Below, one piece after another: positions 12,238 through 22,260 of a DNA stretch of 23,139 nucleotides. The position numbers were made by a program, and so were the translations under genes. The notes under the pieces are model-generated. The model ran no database searches. It worked only from the letters and a program-made list of their open reading frames with translations, and had not been told where the DNA came from. Each line of letters starts with the position of its first letter. Within the stretch, counting starts at the first letter, position 1. Source of the stretch: Tubiluchus corallicola (lineage: Eukaryota > Animalia > Priapulida); the NCBI GenBank assembly GCA_030141605.1, contig JAQGDQ010001865.1, forward strand, positions 1-23,139, written 5' to 3'.

Positions 12238-12557
12238 TGAAACGCTAAAGTGGAATTTAACGCCTATTTTTGAATATTAATGATATTTTAATATTAATAA
12301 ATCCATTTTAAATATTAACAAACCAATTATTAATATTAATAAGTCAATTTTGAATATTGATAATTCATTTATTAATATTAATAACTTGTAAAGCGTTTAT
12401 TAATAATATTAATAAATGAATTATGAATTATGAATATTCAAAATTGACTTATTAATACTAATAATTGGTTTATTAATATTTAAAATAGATTTATTAGTAA
12501 TAAAAATTCATTTATCACTATTCAAAAATGAGCATTAAATTACACTTTAGCGTTTCA
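12238..12557. mobile_element. Fold-back (palindromic) AT-rich MITE, ~320 bp
   Basis: Left end TGAAACGCTAAAGTGGAATTTAACGCC..TTTTTGAATA mirrors right end TATTCAAAAATGAGCATTAAATTACACTTTAGCGTTTCA. Complementarity continues inward (AATAAGTCAATTTTGAATATT versus AATATTCAAAATTGACTTATT) to a centre near 12390. Confidence 0.85.
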
Positions 12558-12607
12558 CATTATTGTGTACATTCGTACAATTTTTTTATTGATTTTTTTA
12601 AATCTAG

Positions 12608-13024
12608 TTCCCAAGACGATCGTAATTCCTCCATACATGTTAGCAGCACAACAGCAACACGTAACAGTCAACCATGCTGGATTGGTACAGGAAGTAACGC
12701 CAGCGCCCAAAGAAGAGACGACTAAAATCGTCGAAAGACCTATACCTCTTTGGTATCAGCTGGGAGTACCTCTTCATCTCACTCAGTTTACAGGAGCTGA
12801 TTATCGTCGAGGTCACTTTTATGATCCAAAGAAGCCATTGACGGTAAAAGTGGATTCCGGTCCAAAACAACCACCATACATCGGAGGAAACTTTGGGCTT
12901 GATCCAGTTGGAAAAGTTTATTATCCATATAACTCACCTCCACTATCGTTTGGAGCAGGAAAAGGCGTCAGTCTTGCCGACTTTGCCGGTTTTGGTCGCC
13001 CGGGCATTGGAGATGTATTTCAAG
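12608..13024 (+). CDS. Secreted two-EGF-domain protein, coding exon 2 (Cys-free Pro/Gly/aromatic-rich linker)
   Basis: Acceptor tttttaaatctAG (12607); 417 nt open; phase 1-1; donor G|GTAAGA (13025). Reads VPKTIVIPPY...GFGRPGIGDVFQ in the frame of ORF 12565..13038. Confidence 0.88.
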
Positions 13025-13683
13025 GTAAGATAAACTGATATCACATTTTGATGATAGAGTAACTTTTAAATTACGTCTAATGCTTTGAACAATTGATGCA
13101 CAAAGTTGTAGTTCACATAAAGTTGAATCTTATACCAAGAAAATGAGCGTATACTTATTAACATCTGTGGCTTTAAACAAACCTGCTGCCATAAGACCCC
13201 TGGACAGCTGCTGCCTGGACATAAGACTCCTGGGGTACGGATACTGTGAGGCCCCGGGCCCTTCAACTTCAGAACCGGGACTAGGAATACCTAAATCAGA
13301 GGTCTAGTAGACCAGAACATACTGAGATTAGTGACAAACTATCACTAAGTTCTCTCAGGACACAGATATCTTATCTCTGTCAGAGGAGCTGTGACGACGA
13401 TTGTTACAAAATTGCGTCTTTGTAATCAGGATTGCCAGTGTGGCAGTACCAGTGACTTGGAATAATGGACAAGAAAACAATCCCAGTGTATTATTACACA
13501 GTATATTAATTAATTAAGCCATTTTAAAGAGGTAATTCAGCATGCTTCTACTCTCATTCTGTAGTAACTTTTCACAGTAAATTAACTTTACTTAATCTCT
13601 CGAGGCCCTCAGCTGGCGTCAACGTAGTATAACCATCAATGGAATTTCAGTGCTGTTCTTGGAGATTATGTAAAAAGTGATAC

Positions 13684-14114
13684 CAGGGGCGGATACAGGT
13701 TTTAGAACAGCGGTGGGCCGAATAGAAAAGCAGTTAGAGGGTCTGGGGGAACAATATAAGCTCCCCAGTGAGGTCCACCCGGACAACAATGCATTTTGCT
13801 GCATTTCAGACCACTTTTCTGCCTTCTAGAGGCCATCTCTAGGACGCTCACTAGTTTAGAACAGGTGTCATCTCACCTTTGACTCAAAATTACATACCAA
13901 TATTTTGATATACACTATACAGCATACATGATGGACATAACTTTCATCTGTTTTCTTGTAATGTATGATTTTTACAGATTCAAGGCACCTTTAGGATGTA
14001 GCAAATTGTTCTAATGCTTATAATTCAGAGAAAATATTAATTTGCTGTGTTGTAACAGTTATAGTGAAAGGGAGGGCCCAGGTCCCTTGGGCCCACCCCC
14101 TAAATCCGCCAATG
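13684..14114. mobile_element. Non-autonomous hAT-like DNA transposon with apparent 5-bp TSD
   Basis: Left end CAGGGGCGGATACAGG versus right-end reverse complement CATTGGCGGATTTAGG (12/16). GC-rich subterminal motifs. GATAC directly flanks both ends (13679-13683 and 14115-14119). Confidence 0.7.
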
Positions 14115-14269
14115 GATACAAGACAGTCAAGAAAGTTAAATAAAGAACAAGAACCTTAATCCAGCACTGACTTCAAGTTCAATTTTGATTTTTAACTTGT
14201 CCAATTTATACTATTAGTACATGGCATATTAATTTCTTAGTTTACTAATTTTACCAATTTTCTTCGTAG

Positions 14270-14490
14270 ATTCCAACTGCAAACTGCCGTGTCAAAATGG
14301 CGGATTCTGCAACGACTATGATCTAGTTCAAGTTTGCGTCTGTCCGCTCAACTTCGGTGGAATTCTTTGCGAGATCAACAAAGATGTCGGCTACGGTGTC
14401 GAGTCTGCAGTGGGTCCTCTGAGGGTGGTTGCAGAAGCAGCGGTTGGAGGAGGTGGGAGGAGAGGACGTAGAAGTGGAAGGAGGGGTTAA
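14270..14490 (+). CDS. Secreted two-EGF-domain protein, terminal coding exon (EGF2 + Arg/Gly tail)
   Basis: Acceptor ttttcttcgtAG (14269), phase 1. Encodes DSNCKLPCQNGGFCNDYDLVQVCVCPLNFGGILCEINKDVGYGVESAVGPLRVVAEAAVGGGGRRGRRSGRRG-stop (TAA 14488-14490). Absent from the ORF track. Confidence 0.9.
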
Positions 14491-14511
14491 TCAAAATCAT
14501 CAAGTTTTGCA

Positions 14512-14517
14512 AATAAA
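14512..14517 (+). terminator. Candidate polyadenylation signal of the EGF gene
   Basis: AATAAA 21 nt after the stop codon, followed by a T-rich stretch. An alternative AATAAA lies near 14777. Confidence 0.4.
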
Positions 14518-15256
14518 GTGATAAATACCTTTTTCTTTCATTAATCATTGCCAGAATCATCACCATCTCCCCTTCATCACCACCTTTAACACTTATCATC
14601 AACATTCATTGCCATTTTCAGTTAAATTACGTTTTCAGTTTTAAATTAATTTGCATTTAATTTAATTCTATTTATATGCCATTTATATGCGAATATGTGA
14701 TAATGATACAGGTAAATAGAGATGCAGGTTATTTGTGTTTGTTTATTTATTAGGATAAATCTTATGTCTGTATCGTAATAAAATTAAAAATTCATAAAGT
14801 TTTCACGAGTTGCTTATTTAATGAGACAGTCTTATTTACAAAGTTGCTACTAAGAAGTGGTATGAAAAAAACTTGAGTTTTCTCAAATGAAGTGCAATTT
14901 GTAAATATAAACAATTTGTTTCATGTATGTAAAACATATTTATTGTAATTTAAAAAATAAATAATTATGTCATATTTATTTGTAAGTAATACTTATAATG
15001 AATTGAGAAACTGTGTGTAATTATGACGCTGTTTCAGATTTTCAATACATTTTATAAATGAAAGAAATTTCAGTGATTTGTGATTATTTTTAGTTTAAAG
15101 TGCTGCTAAGAACAGACCAAGAGCTTCTAACCTACAATGAGCGCAGGTTTATAATAACTTGAAAATTTTAAACCATATTGTGAAAAATTTGCATCAAATT
15201 TAAGTAAACAAAAATATCACAACAAAGACAAGCGCAAACTACATAGAAGAGACTGT

Positions 15257-15459
15257 ACTACATACATACATACATACATACATACATACATACATACATA
15301 CATACATACATACATACATACATACATACATACATACATACATACATACATACATACATACATACATACATACATACATACATACATACATACATAAGTA
15401 CGTACACACACACACACGCACGCGCGCACTTGCACACACACACACATACACACACACAC
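15257..15459. repeat. (CATA)n followed by (CA)n microsatellite
   Basis: Seen directly. Source of the MYVC ORFs. Confidence 0.97.
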
Positions 15460-15941
15460 AGCATCTGTTTTGGATATTCAGTCCCAGTTTAACGTGACAA
15501 CAAAAACAGCAGCAACGATTATGAAAATGGCTGCAGTTGTAGCGGCGAGTCGCCGGCGACGGCGATGATGACAACAACTACACATGCAGCAGCAGTTGAA
15601 GCAGAAGCAGCAATAACAGTGCAAAAATCGACACAATGACCTTGCAGGGCAGCTTCACGCAATAAAAACATTTTCTAAGAACTATAATTCTCTAACCTGT
15701 TTACTGTTTTTTGCAAGAATAATTATTTTAGATAGTAAATAGTTACTATTTTACTATTTCAGATTATAAATTCTTATCGTTTTACCAGCTTAGATAATAA
15801 ATACTTTCTAAAGATTCTACGTACTTGAGTACCTAGAAATGCACCTGCTCGAATGTTAGTGACATAAAGTTAATTCTATTTAATGCAGTTGACCTTTGAA
15901 TTTTACCGCATAAATATATGGAATCAAGTGATTAGCCATAG

Positions 15942-16299
15942 TGATGACGATGTCGACGACGACGACGACGACGAAGGTGATCGTGTTGACGATGATGATG
16001 ACAATGATGATAATGACGGCGACGACGACGATGATGATGATGGCGATGATAACAATGACGATGATGACGATGATGATGATAATGACGACGACGATGATGA
16101 TGATAATGATGATGATGATGATAATAACGACGACAACAACAACAACGACGACGACGATGATGATGATGATGATAATGACGACGACAACAGCGACGACGAT
16201 GATGATGATGATGATGATGATAATAATGATGATAATGATGACGATAATGATAATAACGACGACGACGACGATGATGATGATGGTGACGATAACAAAGAC

Positions 16300-16332
<33 letters not shown>

Positions 16333-16389
16333 AATAATGATGATGACGACGACGATGATGATGGTGGTGACGACGACGACGACGACGAC

Positions 16390-16441
<52 letters not shown>

Positions 16442-16447
16442 TTGATG

Positions 16448-16486
<39 letters not shown>

Positions 16487-16500
16487 GTACTAATAATAAT
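15942..16500. repeat. Compound (GAT/GAC/AAT/AAC)n trinucleotide microsatellite
   Basis: Seen directly; it grades into (AAT)n at the right end. Source of the poly-D, M/T, I/V and S ORFs. Confidence 0.95.
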
Positions 16501-17629
16501 CCCAGTCATCTTCATCATCCTACACTAGGGATGTTTTGTCATTTACTCATAAATGTCGACAATTTGCTCGTATTACTGACTCATTACTCTGCTGCTTCTC
16601 ATAGTTCTGCTCCGGGCATTCTTAGATGCAGAGCGAATTAAACACTAATTTTATTACTGATCAAGCGGCCTAGACTGCAGTCAGGATGAAGACTCTAAAC
16701 CTTCAGCGAACGGTACCACTGACTAATCGAAATTAATAATAAACGGAATGGTGAGGCCAGAATTTAATAGCAAAAAGTGAATTGTTTAAAGGAAAACCGT
16801 ATCCATTCTTATTCTATACCTAAAAACAATCTACCTTGTAAAATATTGAAAAGGAACATACTGTATTTCAAGAATGACTTACGTGAAATAATTATTACCA
16901 CTCAAACGTAATTTCGCATTCACGGGGTTGTTCTTCGCTCTTAAATCGCATTCACCATTCGCTAGTTTAAATGGGCGCTAGTGCCTGCATCTAGGAAATG
17001 TGTTGCAGAAAAATAGGTGCTGTACCACTCAGTTCAGAGGTATTCAGTTGTGACGTAGTGCGCACGTTCAAGAGTTCATGCGCGTATGCTTGATTTGAAA
17101 TTGGAATTTTAAACTGAAACTTTTATATATCACATTGAATGTTATACAGTATCACTGTACCTCAATATTCGCGTTGGCAAGCACGTGCAACACGCTCAGC
17201 GAATGTTTATTCATTTGAAAATTGCGTTCAGTTGTGACGGCTTTACCCGGTCGTTAAGTTTTCAACCTATTATTTAATTATCACAAACACTTTGGCCTTA
17301 TTATAGGTCTTAAAAAGTATACCTTTACCGTACTTCAAAATGGGTAGGTAATGAAAAACCATTCTGTGTTCCTTTAATTTAAAAATATTTTTATTTGATA
17401 AGAAACACTACAATCATAAGTACATTTATAAGTAAAATCATAAGTACATTTATGATAAAACAACATTGGGTATTAAGCAAATGCTGATTGGTTGACAGGT
17501 TTAACCTATATAAAAGTCTTTCAGTTAGTAGATGCGTCATGTATGAGTTTAATAGGCACACGATTACAAGAACTTTTAGTTATGCATTAAGTAGAGCGAG
17601 ATTGAGAAAGATATGTAACTGTTTTTTAA

Positions 17630-18085
17630 CCCTTTCATACCCGTTGTATCCCGTGGGATACGAGAATATTTTCTGCCTTTAAAATTAATAAAATTTTAAA
17701 ACTAACAGTTATTTGATCTGTTAATAGTTATTTTGATTTAAGCCAATAACAATAGACTAAAAATGGTGATAAAATGGCAAACTAGAAAATCTACATAGCA
17801 TAAAAAACTGCGCAACGTACAGTACTTTAGAGATGACTTTGTACTGATCAGCATAGCGTGCATACTAAATGTCTTAAATACTTTAAAAAATTATCAGCAG
17901 TTGCAAAATGAAGCACATTTTATGCTTCCATTGAATCCCAATGTATCCCGTGGGATACAGGCTATATTTAGCACGCGGGCACAGGTAGAAAAAATAATTA
18001 TTATGTGTAAACAAGATGGACATACTGAACAAAAGTACCAAGCCAAAATTTTTTCTTATTAAAAAATAATTTGGGACTGAAAGGG
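17630..18085. mobile_element. piggyBac-like non-autonomous element (TTAA TSD)
   Basis: TTAA(17626-17629)-CCCTTTCATACCC ... GGGACTGAAAGGG-TTAA(18086-18089). Internal palindromic motif GTATCCCGTGGGATAC occurs twice (17646-17661 and 17943-17958). Confidence 0.75.
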
Positions 18086-18452
18086 TTAATAGCAGGTGTG
18101 CGATTCAAATTCCTTAGAATTTTGATGTGACGAGTTTTCACTCTACGCGCACGTTGCAGAGCGAAAAGCTGCTTGTACGCATGCTTCTGCAAGTAAGTGT
18201 ATACGTGTTTAACACTATTGATCATGAACCTGCTGCTGCTGCCAAATTAACGTGCGTTTTCACCTGCCTGCACTACGCTTGGATGCTCCCCCGACTTGAG
18301 CGCCATTACTGCACACCTGTGTGAGAGAGAGACAGTCGAACTGCAGTGTGTTGTTGTGTTCTAGAATGTTACTTGTGTCATAATCCCAACTTTTCATGTA
18401 CTCTTACTCTGAAGAAAATTTGCTTCATCTCACGCAAAAAGACACGAGAATC

Positions 18453-18717
18453 ATGTGTTGTAGTTCGTCATCGATTCCTTATCTGTTGTCTTTCGCTTCC
18501 ATATGTTTTATCTTTGGCCTGGGAGCTTTGACAATCGGTTTTGCGACAGACAACTGGGTGCGGTATACAATAGACAGAGAGGCTTTAAGCCAACACATCA
18601 CTGACACGAACCAGGAAGAGCTTTTCAACAGCAACGAGGAGTATTTTAGCAGAACCAGAGGATTATGGACAATTTGTTTCTATGGAGAAGACGTCCCCAG
18701 CCATCCCTATGAAGGCA
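18453..18717 (+). CDS. Claudin/PMP22/EMP/MP20-superfamily membrane protein, first coding exon (remainder not found in the window)
   Basis: MCCSSSSIPYLLSFASICFIFGLGALTIGFATDNW is TM1 followed by the conserved W. YFSRTRGLWTIC carries the W...GLWxxC signature of the first extracellular loop. Donor A|GTAAGT at 18718, phase 1. Confidence 0.85.
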
Positions 18718-21092
18718 GTAAGTCTAGTCATATAAAAATTACGTCACAATTTAAATACTCCGGAATTTATTTTTGTATGTAGTTTTGTCAGTAGTTCTGT
18801 AAATTGTAAATGTGTGTTGTAAGGTGATGATTCAATTCCTCAATTCAATATCACAAGAGCTATATGTATTTGTCTACATTCTGCAGATTCTATCTGCAAT
18901 GATGAAAATTAATAACAATTTACATAATTATGGTAAAACTAATAACAGAAGATCAGTAATGAAACGTGGAATTCAGTATGTCAATAAATTTTCTCAGATT
19001 TATAAGCGTATTCAGAAGGAATGAATCAAAATATTCAAAAATAAAACAAGAAAAGGGAAAGAAAAAACGTACCGTTTTAAACTACTGTAGCTTATTGTCA
19101 CTATTTTTGTCCAAAAGGAACTTCGAAGATATTGCATATAGGCTTACAGGCCTAAATACTTGTATTTTTATGTATTCAAGTTATATCACAAAGCTCTGAT
19201 ATTCCAAAATGATTATTAAGAATTTACAAGACAGGCTATTTTCTCAGTAAACGATCTATATACTTAATATGTGTACTATTACTTAATACAGCCGAGGAGT
19301 ACATTTATTTCTGAGTCCAGGGGGTCCCTAGAACAGGGGTAGTGAAGTTTGAAAAACAATCAAATTCTGTTTTATAGCCATTACAAAGGTTACTTTCACG
19401 TTGGATATTTAATGACCGCACGTCAACGAGCAATAATTGTAAACGATTACGGCTATGCCGTGCGTTTACTATTCATTTCATAAATGCAGCCTCTGTTGTT
19501 TGTGCAGGTATTGATTACAATTTCATGCAGGTAAGATAATTATCCTGGCACACGCATATGCAGGTAGCGTTGTGTGTGTGTGCTTGAGTGAATCCTATGT
19601 CATGTTATGCGAAGAGAAGAAAAAGTCAAACCAACTCGAACCATCAATACGTAAGCAAATGAGTGATCAGAGCTTAAACAGGCGTTTTGTTTTCTTAAAG
19701 CTCAAGAGGACCCTTTACTTGCATAAAGCTAAAAATGCATCTTGAAAATATATATATATATATATCATACATCCGTTTTGATGGTAAGTCGTTTGAAACA
19801 AGTTTAAATAATTTTACGTAATGCTTGAAAAAGTAATCACAGCATTCTTAGCACTGACTTCGCTAACTAAGCAAAAGTATATATATATATATATTCCTGC
19901 ATCTTGTCATTGAAGTTAAAAATAATTTTTTGTGAGTCAGTGGTGCACACTGGGAATGTGAGTCGATGACATTTTATCCGTTGAAGCGAACATTTTAAAT
20001 TTCTTTTCTAGTTACGTACTCTTTCAAACAGGTAAACGTAATATTAAGTAATATAAGTTTGTGTGGAGTTTTTTGGGATATAATTTAACATTGTATTTTC
20101 TTCTCCTTTAAACGTGCTCGCAGCGTCACTAACAAGAGTTGTACTGTGTACGAGATCCTCGATGCACTGCACATTGTAACAATTTTGCAGGGATACTAGG
20201 ATACTTTTGCAGAGATAGTTTTGTTCGTACGGTGGCTAGCTAACCGCTTTCATCTAAAGTTACACCAGTATCCATACGCCGACTTCGTATGCTGCGTAAA
20301 ATAGCATGAATGTAATCGTGCGCGTGCGTAACAGTGTTGCGTAAAACAGAATCAATGTAATCGTACGCGTGCGTAAAAATAATTGTTATGCTGTTGTTTT
20401 AGATGTAAATTATATCTACAAACAAAATTTAGTGCTCTATTTGTTCTTTGTAGGTATAGAGTGTTCTGTTAGGTGTGTTTGTTGGAGAAGTAAACATAAT
20501 AATGTATGCAACCTGTTCCATTGAACCCAATTAAGAAACCAAACCGCTGTGTTGAGCATTAGCATGTAAAGAACTAGAGGCATTTTACAAAAAAAAACTC
20601 AGCAAGTTTTCCGCATTTAGAAGTCACAATCTTCGGTTGTAAAAATTCGAAAGAAATTGGAAAGAACTTTTTACTGAACAGGGATTCGAACTCGGGGCTC
20701 CGATTTACTCGTTTTTCCACGAATTTAAATCCTTCGTTTTCTCGATATTGCCACATGTCGCGTGAAATCTTATCACATGAAAACTTGTCATCATTCTTCA
20801 GGTTGTATCTTATACTTTACAGCCGTGTTAATGCGTGTCACAAAGCATTTCCTGTGAAGGAGATGTATTTCCTGTGACACAGCATTTCCTGTGTCAGAAT
20901 TTAATGTTCTGTAAATTTAGACAGAAATCTGTAATCGTCAGCCGTAAAAGCAAGAGATTCAACACGGAAGGCGGCATCTTTTGTAACATTTGCACTTTGA
21001 TGTCATAAATTTAACTAGGTCACTAGCATTAGAAGTGGTTGTTCTGTAGAGAAGGTTAGCAAAACATTGCGTTAAATACCATTCGTAGATTG

Positions 21093-21470
21093 AGCACAAA
21101 ACACAAGAAAACCTCTTGCTTAAAGCACCAAAAAACCCTTACTTAGAACACGAGAAAACCCCTTACTGACAGCACAAGAAACCCACTTACTTAAAGCACA
21201 AAAAAACTTACTAAAAGCGCAAGAAAAGCCCTTACTTGAAACATAAGATAACCCCTTACTTAAAGCACAAAAACCTTACTAAAAGCGCAAGAAAACCCCT
21301 TACTTGAAACACAAGATAACCCCTTACTTAAAGCACAAAAAAACTTACTAAAAGCGCAAGAAAAGCCCTTACTTGAAACACAAGATAACCCCTTACTTAA
21401 AGCACAAAAAACCTTACTTAAAGCACAAAAAACCTTACTTAAAGCACGAGAAAGCCCTTTACTTACATAA
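21093..21470. repeat. Degenerate ~21-24-bp minisatellite with ~68-70-bp higher-order unit
   Basis: Core CCTTACTTAAAGCACAA. The trimer (..cttacttaaagcac../..cttactaaaagcgcaag../..cttacttgaaaca(c/t)aagataacc..) repeats three times at ~21185-21400. Confidence 0.88.
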
Positions 21471-22260
21471 AGCAAAAAAATCGTCTTAAAATTTTGTATC
21501 ATTCTGAAATTTTGCCTTATTGCATACAGAGATAGTATGCTAACGTTCTACAAAACTTACAAATTTAAACACCCGAGTTAACCGTTTGGCGCAGCCATTT
21601 TAACAGAAAATCATTGGAAACTTGTAGTTGGTGCGAAAAGAATTACTAAGAACTTTCTTATCTAGTTACATAAGTCCTTCAAGTAGGCAAGCGAAATGTT
21701 AAGTACGACTTTTAAGGAAAGTTTTTTTTGGACATGGTTTAGAATTCCCTTTACTTCCCCTTTAGCTTGTAAGAACCATCATATCGCAAGCGGCAGCCTA
21801 ATCTGGAGAATTCCTTACTTTTTTGGTGAAAAATTACCAAAATCCGGAGAAGTTTCTTTTTGGGAATTGCCTTTCATAATTACTTAATACCATAATAATA
21901 ATATTAACGATCAAAAAAGCTCTCCATGAAAAATACGCTGGAAAATGTGCCAATTTACCATTTCCAAAACTGGTAAAAATATTAATGACGTCATTCATAA
22001 CTAATAATAACAACAGCAATCTATCATCAGCTGCTGATATGTCTTGCTACAATCATTGTTTCGTTTCATTACTGTTTTAAAAATTAAAATCATTGTTGTA
22101 TAGATGCTCAGAAAAGCTTGTGGTTGGTGGGAAATGAACTCGGGACTTCTCACTGTCATCGCTTGCTAAGCATTGAGAGGAGTAAATCACTTAGCATAGA
22201 TTTTATGCTCAAATAACGCCCCTGATTATCTATTGATAATACATGTGTTAAGCATCTTAC

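Noticed and set aside
13359-13465. Alternative terminal exon for the EGF gene (ctctcAG|GA..., reading GHRYLISVRG...CNQDCQCGSTSDLE-stop)
   Set aside because: In phase but short, with no domain pattern; the 14270 exon gives a clear EGF module. Unsupported without transcripts.
15217-15577. MYVC repeat ORFs
   Set aside because: Translations of (CATA)n and (CA)n.
16685-16725. SECIS element (ATGA...AAA...TGA)
   Set aside because: ATGA-to-AAA spacing is too short, helix II does not pair, and no in-frame TGA gene is nearby.
18396-18452. Upstream in-frame ATG extension of the claudin-like ORF
   Set aside because: ATG 18453 has the better context (ATCATG, A at -3) and gives the short N-terminus typical of the family. 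The extension cannot be fully excluded.
20100-20860. Further claudin-like exons at candidate acceptors (~20123, ~20453, ~20801)
   Set aside because: Compatible frames hit stop codons or lack a good donor and any transmembrane-like sequence.
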